64,000 nt of DNA from Vampirovibrionales bacterium (GTDB lineage Bacteria > Cyanobacteriota > Vampirovibrionia > Vampirovibrionales > Vampirovibrionaceae). Below, one piece after another: positions 7,944 to 16,380 of the stretch. The stretch spans positions 607,371 to 671,370 of the forward strand of contig JAJCZA010000005.1 of NCBI GenBank assembly GCA_029262635.1, read 5' to 3'. The translations under genes and the position numbers were made by a program. Below the pieces are notes generated by a model, which saw only the letters and a program-made list of their open reading frames with translations, did no database searches and was not told the origin of the DNA. How positions within the stretch are numbered: position 1 is the stretch's first letter; each line of letters starts with the position of its first letter.

Positions 7944-10157
7944 TTAAGGCACGGGTGGTAAATCGGGTGTTTCGTCTTTCCGTGGGTTTTGAGCCGAGAA
8001 AAGCGCCTTGGCCATTCGTCCAGTTAAATGTGCTGTATCAAAAATGGCAAACCCAGAAGCTCCAGCGGTTCGTGCGGACTCTACCTGATCCAGCGTGTGT
8101 TCCGCCGTATTGTTATTAAACGGGCCAAAAATTCCAGAAATAACAGGCACTTTTTCGTGGGTTCGCTGAACCACCCGCCGGGTATCCTCGCCCACCACTT
8201 TAATCGCACTGGTTAGGGTAATGGGTGCCAAGGCATCCAACCAGCCGGAAGCCGTCCATGTCGCCCAGTCTTGATGTTTTCGAATCAGGGAGTCTTCAAT
8301 TCCCGGAAAAATGACGGCTGTTAACATTACCTTCGGCTTCTTTTCCTGAATCCGTTCAGACACTTTCTGGACAAAGTGGTTGACCTGCTTTTCCTTGAAC
8401 GTGTTCCAGTCTTTCCAAAGACTCTGCTGATCCGCTGTTACACCGTTTTTTGTAAAATTTTTAGGATCAAACCCTTTTAATGCTTTAAACGTATCTCGAG
8501 CGATCCAAGAATAGCCCCATGTGCTTTTAAGGTAGCTATAACGATTTGGAGGAAAGCTTAGCGGATAACGAATGTAATCGAGTTGAAATCCATCGATATC
8601 ATATTGAGTCACTATTTCGTCGGTTAATGCTAAGAGAAATGTTTGTACTTTGGGGTTGGACGGATCCAGAAAGTACCCACCCGATTCCAGCGTCGAGGGC
8701 GTTGGCTTTCCATTGCGAGGCAAGGCTGAATATTGGACGTTTGCCCACTGGGGGTACTGATGAAGAATGGGGCCTTCTGGCGGCAGGGTTTTATCTGGGT
8801 ACGCTTTTTTGTTGCCTGCGTAAAACGATTGAAACCACACGTGGATTTTCATATCCCGACGGTGTGCTTCTTGAACCCAGTGTTTTAGCAAGTCTTTCGC
8901 CGGGATAAATTTAGGGTTCTGTTTGGGTAAATGATAATCAGCCATGACTTGAGAGGGATAGATGGTATAGCCATGGAAAAACGTTTCCAGAAACACGGTG
9001 TTAATGCCCGCTTCCTTTAAAAAATCAAGCGTCTGACCAATGTCACTCACCGAGGTTTCCACAGGACGATGCCAAATCCCTTTAATCGCTTCAGCAGGAA
9101 AGGCAGGATATTCATGCCAGAGACTTTTGTTTAGGTTCTCCAGCGCTGTTACCGCCACTTCCGCTGCTTGTTCCTTCTGTTCCTGCCGTTGTAATTGTTC
9201 AATCTGGTATTCTGCGTCGCTGACAGCCTGACACACTTCCACAGGAACAACGCACTGGGCATCCTCTGTTCGGCGAGCCAATTGATAGCGATACGTCCAA
9301 AGATCCACCTGGCTGGTCAGGTTTTTTTGAAGAGGATCCACATGAATTCGAGCCCCTAAAGGCGCGTTGGCAATGAGCCAATCCCGTGCCCGGCCATGGC
9401 CGCTAATGATAAAGCCGTTTTCTGGAATCTTAGAGTTGGCCCCTTCATGGGCGACCACCATGCCGTCAATCACCGTCACCTCAAATCCGAACTCGTTGGT
9501 CTCTGTATAGCTTCGTCCTGATTGTGGGTTATAAATGACTAGCTGATTGCCCCCTCGGCAACCGGGGAACCCACAGGACGCTCGGTTGTTTTCTACGTTG
9601 GGATTTACCACGTGAATGGCAATACCCTTGCTTTGAAACCATTGAGGCCGTAAGGCAAATGTATCATCTAAGCTTAACCGGTTTAAAAGCTCTTTTCGCT
9701 GATTACCACTGGCGGAGAGTACTAGACCGTTTTCCGGGACCGTCACATTGCCACAGGCCTTTAGGAACCCCTGCTTTTGGCAGTCCCACACGCTAAAAAT
9801 ATTGGTAACTCGATAGAGTCCTAATGACTTGTCTTCCAGAATAGCTACCACTTCTACGCCGTAGGGGTTTGTTCGGGTTCGAAGACCATAATCCGGTGTG
9901 TATAGTACCAGTGTGTTATCGGGGCGGGTACGGTTTTTTAGGTTAAACGTCAGAGGAGGGTGTGTATCAAGCGTGGCCTGTTGAGCTGAAGGTTCCAGTG
10001 TATAAGCGACTTGGGCGGCGCTACTTCCTGAACAAAGTGCGACCATCACCACGAAAATCACCCCAAGCCAATGGGTCTGCCAAGGTGTCCCATGATGAGC
10101 GGAAAAAAACAAGCCCACAAGTGTCTCTCCTCTACTTAAAAACAACGACTTATCCAT
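7944..10157 (-). CDS. GHL10/DUF187 (YddW-like) glycoside hydrolase with an N-terminal membrane anchor and two tandem beta modules
   Basis: Motifs IKGIWHRP, AGINTVFLETFFHGYTIYPS, EAHRRDMKIHVWF, FLDPSNPKVQ, YDIDGFQLDYIRYP and QDWATW. Start uncertain; the track gives 10262. Confidence 0.85.
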   Translation of the reverse strand: MDKSLFLSRGETLVGLFFSAHHGTPWQTHWLGVIFVVMVALCSGSSAAQVAYTLEPSAQQATLDTHPPLTFNLKNRTRPDNTLVLYTPDYGLRTRTNPYGVEVVAILEDKSLGLYRVTNIFSVWDCQKQGFLKACGNVTVPENGLVLSASGNQRKELLNRLSLDDTFALRPQWFQSKGIAIHVVNPNVENNRASCGFPGCRGGNQLVIYNPQSGRSYTETNEFGFEVTVIDGMVVAHEGANSKIPENGFIISGHGRARDWLIANAPLGARIHVDPLQKNLTSQVDLWTYRYQLARRTEDAQCVVPVEVCQAVSDAEYQIEQLQRQEQKEQAAEVAVTALENLNKSLWHEYPAFPAEAIKGIWHRPVETSVSDIGQTLDFLKEAGINTVFLETFFHGYTIYPSQVMADYHLPKQNPKFIPAKDLLKHWVQEAHRRDMKIHVWFQSFYAGNKKAYPDKTLPPEGPILHQYPQWANVQYSALPRNGKPTPSTLESGGYFLDPSNPKVQTFLLALTDEIVTQYDIDGFQLDYIRYPLSFPPNRYSYLKSTWGYSWIARDTFKALKGFDPKNFTKNGVTADQQSLWKDWNTFKEKQVNHFVQKVSERIQEKKPKVMLTAVIFPGIEDSLIRKHQDWATWTASGWLDALAPITLTSAIKVVGEDTRRVVQRTHEKVPVISGIFGPFNNNTAEHTLDQVESARTAGASGFAIFDTAHLTGRMAKALFSAQNPRKDETPDLPPVP

Positions 10158-10275
10158 ACTATAGCGAGAAAGCCTGAAAGAATCACGCTTTATCCTGTGG
10201 GAGGCAATCACTATCCACTCGTCCCGTCTTTGTAAATTGATGTTAAATCTGTCTATCTTCAAGATATGTTTCTTT

Positions 10276-10302
10276 TCAAGTTCCCCTTTCCTCCGCCGAT
10301 AG
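10276..10302 (+). promoter_or_regulatory. Sigma-28 (FliA/SigD)-type promoter
   Basis: TCAA(G)-N15-GCCGATAG, 39 nt upstream of the GTG at 10342. The consensus is TAAA/TCAA-N15-GCCGATAA. Confidence 0.7.
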
Positions 10303-10341
10303 GTTTATTACGAGGCACGTTTTAAGCGTTGGAGATCGGTT

Positions 10342-11718
10342 GTGGCTATTGGCAGTATCAATATTAATCGCTTTCAGGGGGCTACCCAGCGGTATTTGCA
10401 AAATACCCAGCAACAGAATATGAACCTATATTCTGTTAGTGGTAACAGTTTGACTGCCAACACCACGGGACGAAATAGTCTGAATGCTAATTCATCTTTT
10501 ACCATCCCTCAAACCGATTTTAGTGCTTCTTATGCGGTTAATCAGCAGCCGACGGAGGCCAACTTATTCCAGCGAGGCAATTATCTTAATATTCGGGCTG
10601 ATCAGCGCTTCCTACGGAACTCGGCCCCCGTCGAAGCTCGGAACATCAATGAAGCTAATAACTTTCAGCGCCCTTTAAATCTAAACTTTACGGGGGATAG
10701 TAAATTTCGCCCTGGGTTTGATAATAAGGTCCCACTGCAAGCGCCTCTCACACCAACGCGAGCTGATTTCCAGGACCGCATTAAACATTATGAACTCTCT
10801 GATGCTCATTTCAATACCTTAAAAAACGGGCCGGATTTTCTCATTCCCAGAAATGGACCTCTTGGGTTTAAGGTGCTTACCGATGGTGCGGGAAATATTA
10901 CCGGTATTGAAACCGATACAGCCCGATTTGCGAACCAGTTTGACGGAACTCGAAACAATGAAGGGCTTCTGGCTAACCGTTATGAGATCACCCAAGGTGC
11001 TCAGTTTACTGCCAACCCTATTGCCGCCCGAAATATTGCCATTCAGCCACCGGGCGCCCCCAATCCGAAAGGCCCCATTAACGCACAAGATCTGCTTTTA
11101 CAAGAACTGACCAACAATCAGAATTTCAATGCTTTGAAACTTAATCCAGACCTTTTTAATGTGAATCTGGGACCAGCTCAAAATATTAACCCTTTTCTCC
11201 GCGGTCCTTTATCCAACCCATTTGCTGAACGACTGGCTCAGCTCCAACCACAAGAACAAGGCATCGCCGTCTTTGGCAGTGAATCGGAGATTGGGGTGGA
11301 AACCGCTCTCCAGATGGCCGCCTCAAAAGCAAAATTAAACCTGAATCTTGGCGAAGACTTTGCTAAAAACCTTCACGGCCTGCAGAATGCGGCTCTTCAA
11401 CAAGGGTTGGTTTACTCCCCTGCTAAACATGCCGCTGAAATGAGTGGGATGATCCCGATGGTTGCTACGCTCCCGGCTCCGACCAAGAACGCGGGTGAAG
11501 TGGGTCTGATTAGTTTATCGCAAGACCTTGGAACCAGTTTTATGGCCGATACACTGGAAAAAAAGGGCGGTGGAGGAACTTACATGTCGTTTCGCAATGA
11601 AGGGCAAGGGGCAGGTGGTCAGGGCGAGCCGTCAGGACAAAACCAGCAGGGCTTTGGTGGGAATTCACAAAAACAGCAACAGCAACATCAGCAACGTCGT
11701 TTTTCTTACAATGCCTAA
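10342..11718 (+). CDS. Q/N-rich low-complexity hypothetical protein (candidate flagellar/T3-exported, FliK-like tail)
   Basis: 458-aa ORF with a GGAG RBS, no signal peptide and no Cys or Trp. It ends in a G/Q-rich tail ...QKQQQQHQQRRFSYNA. Confidence 0.7.
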   Translation: MAIGSININRFQGATQRYLQNTQQQNMNLYSVSGNSLTANTTGRNSLNANSSFTIPQTDFSASYAVNQQPTEANLFQRGNYLNIRADQRFLRNSAPVEARNINEANNFQRPLNLNFTGDSKFRPGFDNKVPLQAPLTPTRADFQDRIKHYELSDAHFNTLKNGPDFLIPRNGPLGFKVLTDGAGNITGIETDTARFANQFDGTRNNEGLLANRYEITQGAQFTANPIAARNIAIQPPGAPNPKGPINAQDLLLQELTNNQNFNALKLNPDLFNVNLGPAQNINPFLRGPLSNPFAERLAQLQPQEQGIAVFGSESEIGVETALQMAASKAKLNLNLGEDFAKNLHGLQNAALQQGLVYSPAKHAAEMSGMIPMVATLPAPTKNAGEVGLISLSQDLGTSFMADTLEKKGGGGTYMSFRNEGQGAGGQGEPSGQNQQGFGGNSQKQQQQHQQRRFSYNA

Positions 11719-12371
11719 GCCAGCCCAGCCCCACCGCCGGTTTGTTCTATCCAGCCCATAACCCATTGGAACAGGGTGATGCAAATAACCCCGGTTAGGG
11801 TAAGTACGCCCATAACCACAACGGTCAGCGTGGCGTAGAAGAGGTTAATCAAAAACTCGCAGACAGGCAACGCCATAACCACCAGCAGGGTGGTTAACCA
11901 GCGTTCGACGGAAATGGGTTGATGAGAGACGGTTAATCGTCCATCTCGATCCCAACTGGTTTGTCCGGTCCGTTTCAAAAAGAAAAAGGCGTAGATTAAT
12001 GTGACGACATTGATTAGAGGCAGTCCCAGCGCCAGTGCCCGGAACCAAACATCGCCGGACCGTTTTAACGCTTGGGAATACGATAGTTTCTCGCCCGTCT
12101 CATGACGAAGCTGCACTCGAAGCATCCACTTTCCTGGCGTGGTTCCCCACCAGGACAGCATAATGGCCTCAATAAAAATAGCGAGAAAAAAGACGACCAT
12201 CATGACGATTAAATAAATGGGTGTAAAAAACAATCCCCACCCCGCGCCTGTTATCAGTGGAAAAAGAACCAACAAGGTTATCAGATAGTACAGGGCAAAA
12301 TCAAACGAGCGAGCCCAATAACGCACCCATGGTCTTGTCTGGTTTTGATTATCGATTAAACTTTTGGCCAT
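11715..12371 (-). CDS. RDD family membrane protein
   Basis: Motifs RPWVRYWARSFD, GTTPGKWMLRVQL, ALKRS and TSWD, with several TM segments. Confidence 0.85.
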   Translation of the reverse strand: MAKSLIDNQNQTRPWVRYWARSFDFALYYLITLLVLFPLITGAGWGLFFTPIYLIVMMVVFFLAIFIEAIMLSWWGTTPGKWMLRVQLRHETGEKLSYSQALKRSGDVWFRALALGLPLINVVTLIYAFFFLKRTGQTSWDRDGRLTVSHQPISVERWLTTLLVVMALPVCEFLINLFYATLTVVVMGVLTLTGVICITLFQWVMGWIEQTGGGAGLA

Positions 12372-13151
12372 TTACCGTACCTGAACCATCTTATGAGTTT
12401 GAGGAATGACCCGAACCTCTTTAAACCAGCGGGCGAGCTGATCTTGAACTCGTAAAATGTGGGCAGGTTCCAAATGTATGCGGTGATCGGCCAGAGAGGT
12501 AACCGGTTGCAGAATAATGGGCAGGGTTTGATCCAAGATGGTCTCTCGTACCTGTGCCAGTTCCTCATCGGTGGTGTTTTTCCCAAACACGAGTTTAATA
12601 AAGACCTCGACTTCGGGCCGAGTGGCGGCCATGGCCAAAAAGGCCTGATGTTCGTTAAACAAGGCTCGTTCTCCGGTGGTGGAGGGGAGTTTGATATCCA
12701 TGGCAATCACATCCGTCCAGGGCAAAACTTCAGACAAAAACGCCGCCTGTGTTCCACTGGTTTCTAAATAGGTTTGAATGTCGGGATGGTTTTTTTTGAA
12801 TTCTTCAAGCAATGTTTTTAAAAATCGGTGATACAACAGAGGTTCTCCACCGGTGAAACTGACGCTGTGGTGCCGACCCTGAGCAAGTAGGTTGTCGATT
12901 GCCTGTAAAAGTGTTTCGGTAGAAACTGGGTTGTCGTAAGCCTGAGTTTGGGGTGAACCGGGTGAAAGCTCAGCATAAAAGCGACCGTCTTCAGTGGTCA
13001 TCGCCGTATCACAGTAAGCGCATTTTAAATGGCAGTGAGCAAATCGAACAAACACCTGCCGATGCCCAACGTAAACCCCCTCCCCCTGAACGGAAGAAAA
13101 GACCTCCTGTATGGGGGCGGCATTCTGGGTTTTTGGTAGGGTTATTTCCAT
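12372..13151 (-). CDS. queE: 7-carboxy-7-deazaguanine synthase (radical SAM)
   Basis: Motifs EVFSSVQGEG, FVRFAHCHLKCAYCDT (CX3CX2C), SFTGGEPLL, YLETSG and VRVIPQTHK. Confidence 0.9.
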   Translation of the reverse strand: MEITLPKTQNAAPIQEVFSSVQGEGVYVGHRQVFVRFAHCHLKCAYCDTAMTTEDGRFYAELSPGSPQTQAYDNPVSTETLLQAIDNLLAQGRHHSVSFTGGEPLLYHRFLKTLLEEFKKNHPDIQTYLETSGTQAAFLSEVLPWTDVIAMDIKLPSTTGERALFNEHQAFLAMAATRPEVEVFIKLVFGKNTTDEELAQVRETILDQTLPIILQPVTSLADHRIHLEPAHILRVQDQLARWFKEVRVIPQTHKMVQVR

Positions 13152-13624
13152 GATTCCAGAAGGGAGGTTTTACCTGTTGCGTCCTTCCAAGCCTTACCCC
13201 ATTCTTGGCCATGCAATACGATATAAAGCGCACCGCCAAAGAAAAAGCCTAAAATTAATCCTTCTACCGTTTTTGAAGCGAGTTTTCCTATTTTGTCTGC
13301 AACTGTCTTTGTTTCTTGCTTTGCCCCTCTCAGAACGAGGTCTAACCCTTGTATCAACAAAAGATAAGCCCCTCCCAGCAATGCGCCATACCCCGAGCTG
13401 TTACCGTAGTTATTACGGTGTTGAGTCAGTTGATGTACAGCTTGTGTTTGCTTAGTGTATGCATGCCGTCGTTCTTCTAGGGAGTCATACCTGGAGCCTC
13501 CTTGGGGATTAGGCGTATAGCGTCCCCGATGAACAAGTGGCGGTTCGGTAGAAAGGGAGATGGGCAATTGGGAATGGGCTATGTTCATTTTAGGAACCTC
13601 AAGACTAGAAGGAATTAAAGCCAT
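13142..13624 (-). CDS. Hypothetical protein with two Gly-containing hydrophobic helices
   Basis: 160-aa ORF with segments GYGALLGGAYLLLIQG and GLILGFFFGGALYIVL. Its stop overlaps the queE start. Confidence 0.6.
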   Translation of the reverse strand: MALIPSSLEVPKMNIAHSQLPISLSTEPPLVHRGRYTPNPQGGSRYDSLEERRHAYTKQTQAVHQLTQHRNNYGNSSGYGALLGGAYLLLIQGLDLVLRGAKQETKTVADKIGKLASKTVEGLILGFFFGGALYIVLHGQEWGKAWKDATGKTSLLESWK

Positions 13625-13779
13625 GAATTAAACGGGTAATTGTCAATTTTATCAAATCACCGGGCTATAAAAAAGTGCGAATTACTTAAAATCAAAAGGA
13701 AAGGTCAGGAATATCAAATTAATGACACACCTAACCTGAGAACAACACTCTGCAACAGGGCAGTTAGAAAGAAAGCTAG

Positions 13780-14079
13780 CTAGTTCTTCGAGAGGGATTC
13801 CAGATACTCTTGGTTCACCGAGATAAAGACGAATCGCTTTTCAACCAGCGTCTCATCATCCATGTGATCTACCACACGATTGACGAAGTCTTCATTCTGA
13901 ACCAGAGACTCTTTGCCAAATTCGTCGCGAATAGCCTCGGCGGCGGCTGTATACTTTTTATCTTGCACAAACGCCTGAAAGCTTTTTTCAAAGCGTTGTT
14001 TGATGTCCTCAAAGTTGGGAATTGCCTGAACATCAATGGGGGCGTTTAACTTTTCAGGTTCTAAAATTTCATTTGTCAT
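13780..14079 (-). CDS. Small acidic hypothetical protein
   Basis: About 99-aa ORF with GAGG upstream of ATG 14079 (track start 14103). It fills an otherwise empty gap. Confidence 0.65.
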   Translation of the reverse strand: MTNEILEPEKLNAPIDVQAIPNFEDIKQRFEKSFQAFVQDKKYTAAAEAIRDEFGKESLVQNEDFVNRVVDHMDDETLVEKRFVFISVNQEYLESLSKN

Positions 14080-14392
14080 ATTTTGTGATTTCCTCATCAC
14101 CAACGTTACACAGGATAGATAACCAAACGTTCTAGTGTCTATTATTACGGTTCTTTTAGATTATGACCGATTTAAATTGGGGGGAGACGATCTGTTTTTG
14201 TGTGTCTATTTTATCCATCTGAGCATATTAAAGACATCCAGTTGATTTGATGCTAGTGAATCCTCAAAAACAGCAGAATTGGTTACAAATCTTAACAGAA
14301 ATAAAGCTAAATGACCAAATGTACTGAAAATCTTTCATGGTAAATGGGTTCTGTAAGCGTTCTTTGCATGAGTCCGAGTCTTTAAGAGGCCG

Positions 14393-15370
14393 CTAAGCTA
14401 ACGTTTCTTGAATGGCTCCGATTTGACGAAATTTTTCGTATCGCTGTTCCATTAGTGTGTCTCCGTCAAGATTTTTCAGCGTTTCAAGGGCTTGTAATAA
14501 CGTTTTTTGAATCGCCTTTCCGGCTTTTTCCGGATCTTTGTGGGCACCGCCTTCAGGCTCTTTTACAATTCCCTCAATCATGCCAAACCCCAGTAGGTCT
14601 TTCGCTCCAATTTTAAGGGCTTCAGCTGCCTGAGCGGCGTAGTCGGCACTTCGCCAAAGAATGGACGCGCAACCTTCGGGAGAAATGACAGTGTAAAGCG
14701 CATATTCCATCATATAGATATGGTTAGCAACACCAATGCCCAACGCACCACCAGAGCTGGCCTCACCAATTACCAACGAAACTACCGGGATACGTAAACG
14801 GGCCATTTCTCGAATATTAAAGGCAATGGCTTGGCCAATCCCGTGCTGTTCGCCATCCATACCAGGATAAGCCCCTGGGGTATCAATCACTGTAATAACC
14901 GGTATTTTAAACTTTTCCGCATGTTGAAAAAGACGCAATGCCTTACGGTAACCTTCCGGGTTTGCCATACCGAAGTTATGGTGAAGGTTTTCCTTCATTC
15001 CTCGACCCTTTTGGGTCCCCACAATCATGGCAGGTTGGCCGTTTAGCTCGATAAGCCCACCAATAATGGCTCGATCATCGTAACCCGCTCGATCCCCATG
15101 GAACTCAATCCAGGTATCCGGCGAAATCATTTTGACGATTTCCAAAAAATTAGGCCGTTGCGGATGGCGGGCAATCTGAAGCCGTTCGGCGGCGGATAGG
15201 TTTGTGTAGAGCTTTTTCTTTACCCCTTTCGCCTGCGCGCGCAACCGTTTTACTTCATCGTCGAGATCCACATTCATTGTTTTACTCATGGTCACCAATT
15301 CTTCAATCTTACTTTCCATGGCCAATAACGGCTTTTCAAATTCCAAAGGTTGTATGTCGGATTTTGCCAT
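14393..15370 (-). CDS. accA: Acetyl-CoA carboxylase carboxyltransferase alpha subunit
   Basis: Motifs LEFEKPL, QIARHPQRP, HGDRAGYDD, NFGMANPEGYRKALR, DTPGAYPG and VISPEGCASILW. Confidence 0.96.
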   Translation of the reverse strand: MAKSDIQPLEFEKPLLAMESKIEELVTMSKTMNVDLDDEVKRLRAQAKGVKKKLYTNLSAAERLQIARHPQRPNFLEIVKMISPDTWIEFHGDRAGYDDRAIIGGLIELNGQPAMIVGTQKGRGMKENLHHNFGMANPEGYRKALRLFQHAEKFKIPVITVIDTPGAYPGMDGEQHGIGQAIAFNIREMARLRIPVVSLVIGEASSGGALGIGVANHIYMMEYALYTVISPEGCASILWRSADYAAQAAEALKIGAKDLLGFGMIEGIVKEPEGGAHKDPEKAGKAIQKTLLQALETLKNLDGDTLMEQRYEKFRQIGAIQETLA

Positions 15371-15375
15371 TTGCT

Positions 15376-16338
15376 TTATACCAATGCCTTGCCTGAAGGT
15401 GAAGAACCATTCCCCTGCTTCTTCCCTTTTTCAGGAGCTAAAGGGGTTGGCTCCATGCCGGATGCTACCCGGTGCAGACGAATCAAATCAATGAGCATGG
15501 AGCGTAACGCCGAACGCTCTATCACTTGGTCCACCTGACCGTATTTCAACAAATAATTGGCAGTCTGAAAATCAGCGGGTAATTTTTGGCGAATGGTCTG
15601 TTCGATTACCCGTCGCCCAGCAAAGCCAATTCGTGACCCTTTTTCGGCGATAATAATATCGCCCAGCATGCCATAACTAGCTGTTACCCCGCCAAACGTG
15701 GGTTCGGTCAATATAGAAATATAAAGAAGCCCCGCTTCGTGAAGCTTGCCCAGAACCGAGCCGGTTTTCACCATTTGCATGAGAGAAAAGGTTCCCTCTT
15801 GCATTCTCGCCCCACCGCTTGCGGAGAAGAGAACCAAGGGGAGTCGATCGGTCAGTGCCCGCTCAGTTAGCCGGGTGATTTTTTCGCCGACAACACTTCC
15901 CATGCTACCGCCCATATAAGAAAAATCCATAATCGCTAGTGCCAGCGATTCACCGCCGATAGAGGCTACTCCGGTTACAATGGCATCCTTTAACCCGGAC
16001 TTTTTATCGGCTTCTTTCTTTCGGTCAGTGTATTTTTGGGTATCTTCAAAGTCCAATGGATTGGCAGAGGTCATGGTCTCATCGATTTCAGAAAACCAGT
16101 CGGTGTCATCTGCCAGCAAATGTTCCAGGCGATCAGAAACGCCGATTCGAAAATGGAAATTACATTTTGGGCAGACCCGTAGGTTTGTTCGCCACTCTTT
16201 CTTCGTAATGTTCACGCCGCAACTGAAGCAATGAATCCAAAGTTCGCCCAGTTCTTTATCAGTCAGCTTACTGTTGACCGCATCCGCATCCAGCTTTTTA
16301 ATGTTTCTTTTTTCAGCAAACCAGTCTCGAAGTGACAT
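15376..16338 (-). CDS. accD: Acetyl-CoA carboxylase carboxyltransferase beta subunit
   Basis: N-terminal C4 zinc finger plus motifs MGGSMGSVVGEKI, SGGARMQEG, PTFGGVTASY and IGFAGRRVIEQT. Confidence 0.96.
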   Translation of the reverse strand: MSLRDWFAEKRNIKKLDADAVNSKLTDKELGELWIHCFSCGVNITKKEWRTNLRVCPKCNFHFRIGVSDRLEHLLADDTDWFSEIDETMTSANPLDFEDTQKYTDRKKEADKKSGLKDAIVTGVASIGGESLALAIMDFSYMGGSMGSVVGEKITRLTERALTDRLPLVLFSASGGARMQEGTFSLMQMVKTGSVLGKLHEAGLLYISILTEPTFGGVTASYGMLGDIIIAEKGSRIGFAGRRVIEQTIRQKLPADFQTANYLLKYGQVDQVIERSALRSMLIDLIRLHRVASGMEPTPLAPEKGKKQGNGSSPSGKALV

Positions 16339-16380
16339 GAGGTGGTTTTATCCTTCCACGCTTAAAATTTAAAATTGATG

